64,000 bases of DNA from Octopus sinensis. Its lineage: Eukaryota. Location: assembly GCF_006345805.1 (NCBI RefSeq), contig NC_043000.1, positions 46,624,001 to 46,688,000 of the forward strand, written 5' to 3'. The translations under genes and the position numbers were made by a program. Under the pieces are notes generated by a model that saw only the letters and a program-made list of their open reading frames with translations, was not told the DNA's origin and searched no databases. Positions 26,155 through 40,267 of this stretch are shown one piece after another. Position 1 is the first letter of the stretch. Each line of letters begins with the position of its first letter.

Positions 26155-26679
26155 TGTAGTGATGACATCTTGGAAATCTCCAGCACGCATGTGCAGAGTT
26201 GGATTCTTCCAGAAGGCTGCATGTTCGAATCACGTCAGGGTCACCAATTGTAACAACATGAGAGGTCCCCGCACTGGAAGGGTGCAGCTCGAATCCTTTA
26301 CATTAAATATTAATGGAAGGAAAGAGTCAAGACTTCCAATTAACTTCAACAGTATAAATATTTATTTCTTGATTCGCAATATATACATTTCTTCTTTCTG
26401 TGCGAATTGGCAGCCTAGGAGCTTATCACAGTAGTCAAGTGGAGTGAACCAAATACTCTCCGTTGAAGCATAGTGGAGATATGCCACGAGGTAGTAGCTT
26501 CAGAGAGCTGCTAAAACACGACTGTTCTGTTCAACTGATGGCATTCGAGAGAATGATACAAGGGGATTTTGCTGCAGCTGGTTTTCTGCACATGCACATG
26601 AGAGAACTTTCAGTAGGCCTCCCAGAAGAATCCAACTCTGTGCATGCATGCTGAAGATTTCCAAGATGGCATCACTACA
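26155..26679 (-). mobile_element. LTR (26249-26679), extended tRNA-Trp PBS (26210-26246) and inverted LTR start (26155-~26215), with 4-bp TSD
   Basis: Minus strand reads TGTAGTGATG...AATAAA...GTTACA-AT-TGGTGACCCTGACGTGATTCGAAC. TSD CAAC at 26151-26154 and 26680-26683. Confidence 0.8.
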
Positions 26680-27036
26680 CAACAATGACGATTTTGATGA
26701 TGATGTATTTAATATTAAGTCTAATTGTGGGTGGTGGAATGACAAAAATATGTATGAGCTTCCATACAATTTTCACCTAATAAATTTCACTCACATCAAT
26801 AGAAGACATTTACTGGCTGAGGGTGCCATGCTTCACATTGTTGTGAAGCACACATCATAAACACACAGCAATGGCTACACTTCTGTGCAATATCTTAAGA
26901 TAACAGCAGGGTGGTTATGATCGGAATGACTTTTCCAATGTATCTTCTCTATCAGGATTGACTTAAAGAAAGACAAAAACAAATGATTTCAACTGATTGG
27001 AAGTGTTATCATATACATGTTTTGTCTTGGTATAAA

Positions 27037-27267
27037 AGGCGGCGAGCTGGCAGAATCGTTAGCACGCCGGGCAAAATGCTCAGCGGTATTTCGCCTGTCG
27101 TTACGTTGTGAATTCAATTCCGCCGAGGTCAACTTTGCCTTTCATCCTTTCGGGGTTGATAAATTAAGTACCAGTTACACACTGGGGTCGATGTAATCGA
27201 CTTAATACCTATGTCGCTCTTTGTTTGTCCCCTCTATGTTTAGCCCCTTGTGGGTAATAAAGAAATA
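27037..27267 (+). mobile_element. Full-length family-B SINE inserted into a family-F repeat (26985-27510)
   Basis: 10-bp TSD GGTATAAAAG at 27029-27038 and 27268-27277. Confidence 0.9.
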
Positions 27268-28164
27268 GGTATAAAAGATGGGCTACAACGAATTTTCTGC
27301 ACAATACCTTAGATTTACTTGACCTTCACCAGTTGAGCATGTCTCTAGGTGGTTGATGATATGAGCATGATTGATTATGAGCATGGATAGTGGAGGATTA
27401 TCACAGCCATGTGTTGAATAAAATACTTTGGGATTTGAATAAGTCCATTATCCTTCAACAAATCGTATTCAGGGATTTTTTGAGCAGGATGGGCAACTCA
27501 ACCTACAAAAATTTGGAGGGAGGGGGTAAGTCAATTACATCGACCCTAATGCATAACTGGTACTTATTTAATCGACCCTGAAAGGACGAAAGGCAAAGTT
27601 GACCTCAGTGGCATTTGAGCTCAGAACTTAGTGATGGGCAAAATACTGCTAAGCATTTCACTCAGTGTGCCAACAATTCTGCCAGCTTGCCACCTTAATA
27701 AATCAACTTAATCATAAGAGTAATGGTCAAAGACCTAGTGTTACTGTTCCTGGTCTTTACATTCTGGATTTAAATCTATTTGTGATCAACATTGCCTTTC
27801 ACTCCTCCAGGATCAAAGATAAACTACCACTCAAGGACTGGAGTTGATTCTTCTTTCTCTCTCTCTCTCTTACATTTCTAGTTTTCTTTCTCACACTTTC
27901 ATGGCTGTCTATGCTGCACTATATGAAGGTCATGACTTTTACTTTTCCTGCGTGCTACAAAAATCCTCCAAAAGGACCAGTGAATATGGTGGACTCAGAT
28001 AACTTATGCACTGTACAGTAAGGATTTTTTTTTTTAGAAAACAGAACAAAATTCAACTGACAATTATTGATCCTGGAAGTGAACCTCAGCAAGAATTGAG
28101 TCCAGAACCTAAGCAGTCATAACGAAATGAAGTAAAACCTTTCAATTAGCATTCCACTAATTCT

Positions 28165-28562
28165 TTTTTTTACTTGTTCAGTAATTTGACTGCAGCCATG
28201 CTGGAGCACCGCCTTTAGTCCAGCAAAATCGACCCCGGGACTTATTCTTTGTAAGCCCAGTACTTATTCTATCGTCTCTTTTGCGAACCGCTAGTGACGG
28301 GGCATAAACACACCAGCATCGGTTGTGAAGCAATGCTAGGGGGACAAACACAGACACACAAGCACACACACATACATACATATATATATATATATGTACG
28401 ACAGGCTTCTTTCAGTTTCCATCTACCAAATCCACTCACAAGGCATTGGTCGGCCCGGGGCTATAGCAGAAGACACTTGCCCAAGATGCCACGCAGTGGG
28501 ACTGAACCCGGAACCATGTGGTTGGTTAGCAAGCTACTTACCACACAGCCACTCCTGCGCCT
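28165..28562 (-). mobile_element. SINE family A (tRNA head, CORE-like CCTTGGGCAAGTGTCTT, internal microsatellite, CR1-like tail)
   Basis: Copies at ~35266-35733, 36389-37183, 37753-38168, 41498-41900, 49704-50123 (all +). Partial copies at 2045-2150, 13480-13580, 14165-14250, 25340-25570, 35890-36050, 45640-45780, 52800-53060. Confidence 0.9.
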
Positions 28563-31354
28563 TCAGTCACTTTTCCTAATGAAGATAATGTTCCAGGCAT
28601 GTAAGGGGACTGTTTATATCTCATAGTGTTATGGGTCCATACCAGAAAATTTCTTTTCCAACATGCAATCCTAGGTAAGGATCGGTTATTTTTTTTTTTT
28701 TACTCTTATATGCAAACCTGTAAGTAATCTATGTATATAATCTCCCTTCTTCATGCTATGGATGTTGTCTTAGGGATGATACAGTTTTGTACTAAAGCTA
28801 CAAATGTTGTGGTGAGAATGCAATGATCAGAAAGATGATACTGTCAGATATCCCATTTGATGCTCTAATATTTCTGCTAATCCACTGCTCTATGTCAGCA
28901 CATTATTTATCAACCCTCAAAAATGATGAAAGGCCTTGTTGTGAAAGAAGAACTTACTCCAGTAGTGAACTGGTGTTTTATTTGTCAAAAAATGCAAATA
29001 GATTTGAACTCAGAGTACAGAGGTACTGTAAAGCATTCTAACTACAGCTCTAACAACAGAACCAATTGGCTGCCTTTATGACAGCAATAATGATAACATT
29101 AATGTAATTCTAAAAAAAAAAACAGTCTGCATAATTTTCCTTCAGTTCTTTCTTTTCTATTGATGTTTAGATGTTAAGGAACATAATAGATAAATAATTG
29201 TTTCTTTCTTTTCTCTTAAATTCTAATTATTTTCCTATCTTAATACTTGCAGTATCACTTCCCTCTGGATTTATATTGAAAATTACTTTTGATTAGATTT
29301 TGTTTTTTTGTTCACACAAGAAAATATTGAAATAAAAATGATAAAATAAAAGTAATAATTTTGGCAACATCTCTCTGGAATGAACTCAAATAAAACAATA
29401 TAAAGTATTATGGTCTTGTAATTTCAAATTCTTGATCATTAAATGAAATTTTTTTTGTGGTTTTATATCGTTTTTCTTTTTAACATATGTATTTTGTCAT
29501 CATCTTGGATCTTGTTATTAATTTATTTTATTCTTTTATTTTATTTTTTTCATGTGATTGAGCATTGATAACCGTTTTCTTTACAATTCTTAAAGAACTA
29601 AAATCTACTACTATATGAGTAAGAGATAGGGTAATAGCGAAGTATGGAGGAGAGAGAGAGAGAGATAGAGAGTTTGAAAGAATAATTAATTCTGAAATAT
29701 TGGTAACAGGCCACAAATTTTAAGGGAGATGACAAGTGGGAGCATGCTGATTTGATCACCATCATGTGGGACTTGAATTCAAAATTTAAAGACATATAAC
29801 TAATTAGCACAAAGGTATTTTGTCCACTGATCCTGTGTAACTTCAATTCATTGCTCTTTGAGATGAACAAATAATGAACAAAGATTCACGTTTTTAAGTA
29901 TTTAATTGTGTTTCTTTTTCATTTGAGAAAGGAAACATAAAAATGCAACAATGAGACATTTGTCAAAATGTAATCATTAATGATGTAAATACTATAAAAG
30001 CCCATTTATGATTGTTCATATATAATATGCGTCTTAATTTTGGGGTCTTTATTGTCTTAAAAATTTATCAATAGCATGTATAATGCAGTGTTTTACAACT
30101 GCTAAAAAGATAGATATTTGATGATAATCCATAGAGATGACCTTAACACTTTAGTCTTTTAATAATTCAGTCTACAAAAGTGGTGAGCTGGCAGAAACAT
30201 TAGCACCCTGGGTGAAATTATTAGCAGCATTTCATCCGTCTTTTTCTTCTGAGTTCAAATTCTGCCAAGTTCGACTTTGCCTTTCATCCTTTCGGGGGTC
30301 AGTAAAATAAATACCAGATGAGCACTGGGGTTGATCTAATTGACTTAAACTCACTCCTGAAATTGCTGGCCTTGTGCCAAAATCTTAAATCTATATTTCA
30401 TTCTACAAAATGGCAGCAAACTGACAGAATAATTGGTATGCCGGGCATGATGCTTAGTGGCATTTCATCCACCTTTACATTCTGAGTTCAAATTCCACCG
30501 AGGTTGCTTTTGCCTTTCTTCCATTCAGGATCAATGAAATAACTACCAGTTGAACACTGGAGTCAATTTAATCTACTAGGCCTTTCTCCCATAACTTCTG
30601 GCTTTGTTCCAAAATCTGAAACAAATATTTCATTCTACAAGGCACCAACCTGGCAAAATCTTTAGTGGCATTTCTTCTAGTTTTTATGTTCTGAATTCAA
30701 ATTCTGCTAATGTTGACTTTGCTTTTATCCTTTCAGCATGGATAAGATAAGTACTAGTTGGCCACTGGGGGTGATATATTCAACTAGCCCCACCTCACCT
30801 CCCTAAAATTTCAGGTTTTGTTCCTTCAGCAGAATGAATTATTTCATTCTATAAAAACTATGTTGATATATGATAAAAATTATTTTAAAATAAAGCTTCA
30901 TTCTGGAGCCACATGCTTAGTGGTTAGGGGTGATGGTCTCATGGTTGTAAGATTGTCGTTTCGATTCCCGAACTGGACAATGTATTGTGTTCTTGAGCAA
31001 AACACTTCATTTCACGATGTTTCAATTCTCTCACCTGGCAAAAAGGAGTAATCTTGCAATGGACTGGCATCCCATCCAGATGGGGAATATATGCACCACT
31101 AAAACTGGAAAACCAGCCCTTATGAGTCTATATGACTTAGGAAGGTTCTTTATCCCATCTGGCCTAAAGCCTCATTACATTATAGTGCTTCTTTTATATT
31201 TCTGAAGGAAAAAACTTAACAGTCTGATGCTATGTATTATATGCACCTCTTGGTTAGTGGACTGGCAGAGTTGCTTTACAAATTTCTTCCAAATCTTTAT
31301 GTTTCAAATCTTTCTGAGCTCTTTCACCTAAATGGAGCCATTAATAACAACCAA

Positions 31355-31501
31355 CTTGAATTTCTAACTTGTTGTCTCTTGAGCTCTTTGGGTGAGACTT
31401 GGAGTCAACTTGTGCAAATACAAAGCAAAAGCCAACCATATAATAATAGTAATAACAACAACAACTGCAATAGCAACAATAATAATAATGATAATAATAA
31501 T

Positions 31502-31549
<48 letters not shown>

Positions 31550-31755
31550 ACAGGGTTTAAAACAAACATAATTTTTTTTTTTTATTTTTTTATTTATTTT
31601 TGGACATTCACTAGTACAACACCAAAACAAACCCAAATATATGGCACACTAGACAAAACAACAGCATGAACTTCCAACCTGTTGTCTCTTGAGGTCTCTG
31701 GGTGAGACTTGGAGCCAACTTGTACAAATATAAAGCAAAATCAAACATAGAATAA
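31355..31755 (+). mobile_element. Two short 3'-end copies of an (AAT)n-tailed non-LTR element
   Basis: TGTTGTCTCTTGAG.TCT.TGGGTGAGACTTGGAG.CAACTTGT.CAAATA.AAAGCAAAA at ~31368-31440 and ~31679-31750, each followed by (AAT)n. Confidence 0.65.
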
Positions 31756-31825
31756 TAATGATAATAATTATAACAATAATAATAATAACAATAATAAGAA
31801 TAAGGATAATACGTATAATAACAAA

Positions 31826-32392
31826 TGCCCTGATGCAGTACCAGACAGTGGCTCTCATGGCTTCTGATCCTGACTGATTGGAATGTTATTATGTACACTG
31901 TTTTGTCTTGGTATTAAAAATGGGCTACAGCAAATATTCTACTTAATACCACAAATTTGCTTGTCAGTTGTTTGATCTTAACCAGTTGAGCATGTCCTTT
32001 AGTAGCTGACGATATGTGCATCTCTGATCACGAGCAGAAGTAGTGGGGGAGCATCATAGTCATGTGTTGAGAGGAATTCTTTGAGGTTTGGATAATTCAC
32101 CTCTGGAAACATGGGTGTTTTGTTTGACATCCTTAAACAACCCTTATTCAAAGACCTTTTGAGAGAGATGGTCTACTCGACCAGAAGAAAATTCTAACTG
32201 GGCCCCACCTGCAAGGTCATGTGCTGTTTAACTTAATATGAGATCACCATGTCATGCACATATGGTTGCGATGCATGTGCCTGGTGTACCCTTATCAGAC
32301 AGGTAGTCATGATGGGTATACTGGGCTTCATATATTTTACCTCAATGTCACTTTTATGGCATGCACTGCTCTCTCACTCAATAATAATAATA
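31826..32392 (+). mobile_element. Family F: ~565-bp non-coding interspersed repeat bounded by (AAT)n
   Basis: Homologous to 26985-27510(+), 61491-61925(-) and 62111-62545(-). Confidence 0.8.
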
Positions 32393-32924
32393 ATGATTTC
32401 AAATTTTGGTACAAGGCCAGCAATTGTGAGGGAGAGGATAAGTCAATTACATTGACTCCAGTACTCAACTGGTACTTATTTTATCAACCTCCAAAGGATA
32501 AAAGGCAAAGTTGACCTTGGTAGAATTTGAACTCAGAACATAAAGACAGACATAATCTTTTTAAGCATTTTTCTTGGCATGCTAACAATTCTGCCAGGTC
32601 ATCACCTTAATAATATTGATAATAGTTTTATATTTTGGCACGGGGCCAACAATTTCAAGATAAGGGGTAAGTCAATTACATTGACCCAGTCTTCAACTGG
32701 TACTTATTTTATTCTTTTCTATACTAGGCACAAGGCCCAAAATTTTGGGGAGAGGGCCAGTCGATTAGATCGACCTAGTACGTAACTGGTACTTAATTTA
32801 TTGACCCTGAAAGGATGAAAGGCAAAGAAAAGAATTTGAACTCAGAACTCAGATGAAATACTGTTAAGCATTTCACCCGGCATGCTAACATTTCTGACAG
32901 TTTGCCACCTTAATAATAATAATG

Positions 32925-32957
<33 letters not shown>

Positions 32958-33574
32958 TATGTACATATATATATATTATCATTTCCCTCCCAATCCTCCA
33001 CATCTTCTTCTTCTACCTTATCATCATCATTCTCATCATCATCATCTAATGATACTTAGACAGGAATCTGAATATGAATAATATTTTTTCTTCATCCCTG
33101 ATTTAGCAAATAATCCATTCCAGCCATTCAGCTCTTCTTGATGCTATAAGCTGGATGGATTGCATAATAGAAGTGGTCATTTGTCATGTAGAGACGCTTC
33201 TACTGTCTTCTTAGAACCAGAGTAATTGATGCACATAAACAATAGCTGTGACGCTTTATCTGTCTTTCCTTCCTTCATTCTTCCTTATTGCTTTTTTTTT
33301 CCATTTTCACTTTCTTTCTAGTTTTTTTTCTTTTTTTTCTACCTTTCTTTTTATGCTATTGTCTTCTCTTTTTGTGTTGGCATAGAAACAGTGACTGTCC
33401 AATTCTTTAAATTCCCCATGTTACTTTATTATTTTTTAAGATGATTGCAGAAGATCAGATTGTGACCACATAATTTTATATAAATTGCTTTCACTAATAT
33501 AAAATGAAAAAAAAAACATAAAATAAAAAAAGCACCTAATTTTGTTTTATGTTCTTTTCACTCTCTTTCTCCGT

Positions 33575-33628
<54 letters not shown>

Positions 33629-33758
33629 TATATATATACACATACATACATACATACATACATACATAAATATATATATGTATGTATGTGTATATATATA
33701 TATATAAATATATATATACATATATATATGTGTATATATGTGTATGTATATATGTATG

Positions 33759-33799
<41 letters not shown>

Positions 33800-34582
33800 T
33801 TATATATACATATATAAATGTGTATATATATATGTATGTATGTACATATGTGTTTATAAATACGATATATATAAATATATATATATATATATAGACATAT
33901 AACATACATATATACAATATATATATATGATATATATGTGTGCATATACATATGTACATTGTCACTCACTCTAAATATATATTCTCCCTCTCTTTCCTCT
34001 CTTTCTCTTGCTTCATATCTCTTTCCCTCCGCACTCACTTTCATTTTTTTCCCCCATACTGTTATTTTAGAAGCTAATTCAGATTGGCTGTTTGTTTTAT
34101 TTCTCATAAAAAAAACCCAGAAAAACATAGACAAGAAAATTACAAAAAACATTTCATTTACAACTTTAAAATTTATATATTTATACATTTATTCATTTAT
34201 TCACGTTTTTCTTGTTACATCATTTTACTTAGGATAATATTCCTTTCATTTGGTTTGTTGTTGTGTACTTTACTTTTCTATTATTATCATTATCGTTGTT
34301 GCTGCTGTTGTTGTTATTGTCATTATTATTATTTGCATGAATGTTTATGATGAGATTTTTTTTTTCCTTTTTAAGTAAGGAAATCTATCATTAGTTTTTT
34401 TTTTTCTTTTTTGTTTTGTTTCAAATAATACCCGTCAATATTAAGAAACAAATAATGAGTTCTTTCCATCATATAAAAGCAATAACTACGATAACAAATC
34501 CGAGCATGTCGGAGGAACTTCACACAAATAGGACTAAGATAAATGCTTGTCCTTTTGATTAATCCCTTTGAAATTGCAATCC

Positions 34583-34641
<59 letters not shown>

Positions 34642-35432
34642 CATATATATGTATGTATACATATATATACATATATATCTATATATATATGTGTGTATAC
34701 ATGTATATGCATGTATATATATATCTATATATATATGCACATATATATGTATATATATGCATACCCCACCACATATATAATATATATAATATATATATAT
34801 ACATACATATATATGCATGTATACATATATATGTATGCATACATATATATATACATATATATATGTGTATATATGTATATATATGTGTGCATATATATAT
34901 ATATGCACATATATATGTATATATATATGCATACTCTGCCACATATATATTATATATATTATATAATATATATGTCTGTATATATGTATATGTACAGCTG
35001 CAGGTAGCCAAATTTTGTATAACAAACAGGGAAATAACATTTCATAAAATAAACAGCTTGATTCAATTCATCTATTTGATTCATTATGGATTCATTAAGG
35101 ATTAACGGGCAAAATTAATTCTAATGCCATAGCTTGGTGTATATGAATGCGTGCGACTGAATTGCTGAATATGTAGTTATATGGTTTGCAAAATTATCTG
35201 AAGAAGACATTCATCAAATATATTCTCCAATTAGACTGCAGATATCATCACACCTAAATTTATTTAGGCACAAGAGTGGCTGTGTGCTAAGAAGTTTGCT
35301 TCCCAACCAAAGGGTTCTGGTTTCAGTCCCACTGCATGGCACCTTGGGTAATTGACTTCTATTATAGCCTGAGGCCAACTACAGCCTTGTGAGTGAAGAT
35401 TTGGTAGATGGAAACTAAAAGAAGCCTATTGC

Positions 35433-35495
<63 letters not shown>

Positions 35496-35791
35496 GATAC
35501 ATATATGTATATATGTATTTGTATGTCTGTGTCTGTCACACGCACCATTGCTTAATAACCGAAGTTGGTCTGCTTATGTCACCGTAACTTAGTGGGTCAG
35601 CACAAGAGACCGATAGAATAAGTATTAGACTTACAAAGAATAAGTCCTAAAGTCGATTTATTTGACTAAAGGTGGTGCTCCAGCATGGCTGCAGTCAAAT
35701 GACTGAAACAAGTAAAAGAATAAAAGAGTAAAAGAATGTGTACAAACACACACACACATGCATATATATATATTTATCTCTCCCTCCTTCT

Positions 35792-35856
<65 letters not shown>

Positions 35857-36059
35857 TGCACACACACACATATATATAAACATTTATATAGGTGTAGGCG
35901 TTGCTGTGTGGTAGGAAGCTTGCTTCCCAACCACATGATTCTGGGTCAGTCCCACTGTGTGGCACCATTAGCGAGTGCCTTCTACTATATCTTTAGACAA
36001 AACAAAGCCTTATGAGTGGATTTAGTAGATGAAAACTGGAAGAACCTTGTCACATATAT

Positions 36060-36096
<37 letters not shown>

Positions 36097-36552
36097 ACAT
36101 GTAATGTCTGTTGTCTATGGGTTGGACGATTTGATCAAAGCTGGTAAGCTGAGGGCCTACACCAGACTGCAGTCTGATTAGACATGGTTTAGACTTCAAC
36201 AATGGCTTAGCAAACTGAAACCTTGAAGTCACTGACAACAACATTCATTGTTTAAGAATAACAAATGTGTACTCAACAAAAATATAGACAAATTTAAAAT
36301 CATTTAACTGAACATAAAAGCAAACAGACACACACTCACACACATTTTAATGTTCAGTTAAAGAAAGTTCAATAAAAAAGTATTCCACAGGCGCAGGAGT
36401 GGCTGTGTTAAGTAGCTTGCTTACCAACCACATGGTTCCAGGTTCAGTCCCACTGTGTGGCACCTTGGGCAAGTGTCTTCTACTATAGCCTCGAGCCGAC
36501 CAAAGCCCTGTGAGTGGATTTGGTATACAGAAACTAAAAGTAGCCCGTCATA

Positions 36553-36950
36553 TCTTTATATATATAAGAGAGGTTGTGTGCTATCTGTCTCCTACGATTT
36601 AGATTCCTAACTACTCCCACATTTTGCGGTGCTGTTTAACCAAAACCGGGTATCTTATAGTCGTGATTCATATCGAGCCCTTCTGGGTATTAGCGTGCAT
36701 CTACGATGAGTCTACGATTAAAAAAAAATTTTCTATCAATTTTTCCCATTTTTTAATGCATTTTTGGCATATATAAGGGAAGTAACTCTCTAAAAATTTA
36801 TTATTAAATCTCAGAATGTAAAAAGCTACAGTAATACCCCCCCCCTTTGTGGTTAGCCATATTGAGATGGCTATTATACTTTACATCTCTAAAAATGCTT
36901 ATATAGTTATTTCCCTTACAAACCCGAGCAACGCCGGGCGATATTGCTAG
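36553..36950 (+). mobile_element. Non-autonomous Helitron nested in a family-A SINE
   Basis: A|TC start, hairpin CCCGAGCAACGCCGGG, CTAG|T end and no TSD. The host SINE resumes seamlessly. Confidence 0.85.
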
Positions 36951-38920
36951 TATATGTATATGTACATATGTGTGTGTGTGTGTCTGTGTTTAACCCAAAC
37001 ATCGCTTGACAACTGAATCTGGTGTGTTTACGTCCCTGTAACTTAGCGGTTCTGCAAAAGAGACCAATAGAATAAGTACTAGGCTTACAAAGAATAAGTC
37101 CTGGGGTCGATTTGCTTGACTAAAGGTGGTGCTCCAGCATGGCTGCAGTCAAATGACTGAAACAAGTAAAAGAGTAAAAGAGTATCCAGTGAAAGATAAT
37201 TATCATTTAACGTTTACAGAATAAAGATTCAAGCTACTATTAGTTTCTTGCTTGGAGACATGGATCTAGGCAGGCTTTTATAACATGTCTTGTGTCTCCA
37301 AGCAACCTTCTGTCTCTGAGCATATGGTGTATTTAATTTGAAAATCAGGACACTGGTCCAAGAGAAATAATGAGAAAACCAAGAAGTTAGATGCAAATAT
37401 TGAAAGAGTGAAAGAAAAATATAAAGAGAAAAGAAAGAAAATTAGTGTATTGTCCTTTTTAATATAAAGCCATAACTAAGCTAGTTGTAGATGGCTAATT
37501 TAACATAGAGAAGTCCAAAGTCAGTTGCTCAATCTGGAATGTGTGGTGTCCTCCAGTTCACCAAAATAAATTTGTCCATATGCATGCATTTGCATGAGAT
37601 TTTGGATTTGGACCAGATGAAAGAAATCAAGGAGATTGGCTCGTGGACAGGAGAGGTTTTGTTTAGTAAATATAAGGTGCTAACTCTTTTGGTACAGTTG
37701 TTCAAATTTTTTCTATTTCAGAGGAAAATGTTTATTTTCTTACACAGATATAGGTGTAAGAGTGGCTGTGTGGTAAGTAGCTTGCTTACGAACCACATGG
37801 TTCTGGGTTCAGTCTCACTGCATGGCACCTTGGGCAAGTGTCTTCCACTATAGCCTCAGGCCAACCAAAGCCTTGTGAGTGGATTTGGTAGATGGAAACT
37901 GAAAGAAGCCCATTGTATACATGTATATATATATATGTATGTATGCTTCTGTGTACATGTTTGTGTGTCTGTGTTTGTCACCCCCACATCACTTGAAACC
38001 GATGCTGGTGTGTTTATATCCCCGTAACTTAGCGGTTCAGCAAAAGAGACCGATAGAATAAGTACTAGGCTTACAAAGAATAAGTCCTGGGGTCGATTTG
38101 CCTGACTAAAGGTGGTGCTCCAGCATGGCCACAGTCAAATGACTGAAACAAGTAAAAGAGTAAAAGAGATAAAGGTTACACCATTTTTTTCTTTATCTGA
38201 AGTAATGCTCTTGTAGGTTTGTGTCTCATTTGCAACTGACCAAATAATTTTGAAATCAAGTGGTATTATCTCTTGCAAGTAACATGAATTTTGACAAAGT
38301 TGAACACATGTTTATCAGGGCTAACAAATTATGTTTCTGCACATAAAATCAGTTCTGTAAGTTAGTTTTGTTGCCCCAATATATACTTTTATTTCATTAC
38401 TGCAATTGGTTTTTAACTTTAGTGCTACATATAACAAAATTTGCTGAAGAATTACCATCTAGAGGGCAAATTTTACAAATTTTATAGTTACAATATTGGC
38501 ATTGGCTAGATGCTTACCTCGCTGTTTCATTCAGCCATGTAACATTATAATCTTTGATATAAGAACCAAAATTCATAAATGCTGAATAACTAACATTAAG
38601 ACAGTTCCAATTTATGTAAATAACAAGAAAAAAAAATCTATTAAATTTAGGAATTCCCAAGCTATATTAGCATTTTCTGCTAGATTTAATGTTATATTAT
38701 ATGATAAAGTTCTCCTTTTCCTTTCTTATTCTTGTAGACAATATCACTCACCCAAGCACCATCATATGCTTCTATGTACATCAAACAATTCAGTCACCTT
38801 TTTTAAAGCTATGTTTTGTTATTGAAAAAAAAAACAGGACTAAATTTCTTGCCGTCATATTCACATTAGTATTTGACTAACTAATACCAGTAATTGTTTA
38901 CACAAAATCTTGGGTTTTCA

Positions 38921-39015
38921 TTAACAATGGCTTAGTTATCAAAGTATAAAAGTTAACAATGGCTTAGTTATCAAAGTATAAAAGTTAACAATGGCTTAGT
39001 TATCAAAGTATAAAA
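38921..39015. repeat. Three tandem 32-bp units
   Basis: TTAACAATGGCTTAGTTATCAAAGTATAAAAG x3. Confidence 0.95.
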
Positions 39016-40232
39016 TTGCATGAATTTGCAGTTTTTCTACTCTTTTATCTCATTTAACCATTCTAGCACTTCTTACATATTGCACCATAATTTTAGGGAG
39101 AAAATTGCTTTTACTGTGAAAATGACATTCTCTAATATTCTTTTGCTAACTATACCTGACTATGGTGCTACTGGGTTAATTAATCAACACCGAGGGTTAC
39201 TTTCAAATTTTAATTGTGCTTTCTAAATGTACAAGGAGAATTGGGTGCCAAGCTTTCTGCCCTGTCATCTATCTTTAGCTTTGCTGCAAACTATTTCGTT
39301 TCTAGATTAATAGACTTATAAATCACGTTTCTAGAGTTCTTATAGACGTTTGTTATGTTAGATGATAAAAGCCTTTTCTCTGTATTAACGTCTGTATTAT
39401 ACAGAATCCTTGTTTTATCTGAGAAAGCATGCAACTTATTAGATTTACTTAAGATGTCAAGTGTTCATTCAACTTACTTTTAAGACTGTTGTGCACTTTA
39501 TGCAATTTGATTCCTTTCAAGATGTTTAAAAAGTCCTCTTCAACTTTTCTCTGGCTTTGTTATGCAGTGAACTTTTGCATGTTCTGAAGCCAATTTTACC
39601 ATCCTTATATTGTCTAGTCTCTCTTTTTTTTTTTTTCAAGTGAATATACACACTACTTCAATCTTCTTATAAAAATCTTCTGTTTTATTTCTATTACATG
39701 TTTCATGTAATATATACTCAGCAAAACTGTGATGTTCTTAGCTTGGAAATCAAACTGGTGCTTTTTGATAAACTGTTATATTTATCAATCTTTATACAGG
39801 ATAGTACTTTTAGCTTAGGATTAATTTGCATTAATTTGTGTTTATCCACCAAGAAGCAATAGATTACAAAACTCAATATATAAAAGTAGAGTATTATTCA
39901 ACAAATCTCAACTGAATGACCCCCAAAATACCAGTCCACTGAGTTTTGTATCAATTCTCTTTTAGCTGACAATCCGAGCCTGTTGCCTCTTAAATTATCA
40001 GATGTTTGAATATATTATCATATATTACATGAAAGCTATCAGATAATATATCATATCGTGCGCACACACACACACATAAGCTTGCATACATATATAGAGT
40101 TGAGCAAGCTCAGGTTTGCTCAACACAGTCACACCATGTGTCACAATCCTATACAGAATTTGAAGATAAGAAGGGCAACTTGCTATACAGCTAATTGATA
40201 ACGGGTTTTGTGAGAAAATTGAACCATATATA

Positions 40233-40267
<35 letters not shown>

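Noticed and set aside
26210-26246. tRNA-Trp gene
   Set aside because: Only the 3' half is present, with encoded CCA and next to an LTR, so it is a primer-derived copy.
39054-39179. TTAA-bounded possible piggyBac MITE
   Set aside because: Terminal repeats are too imperfect to call by eye.
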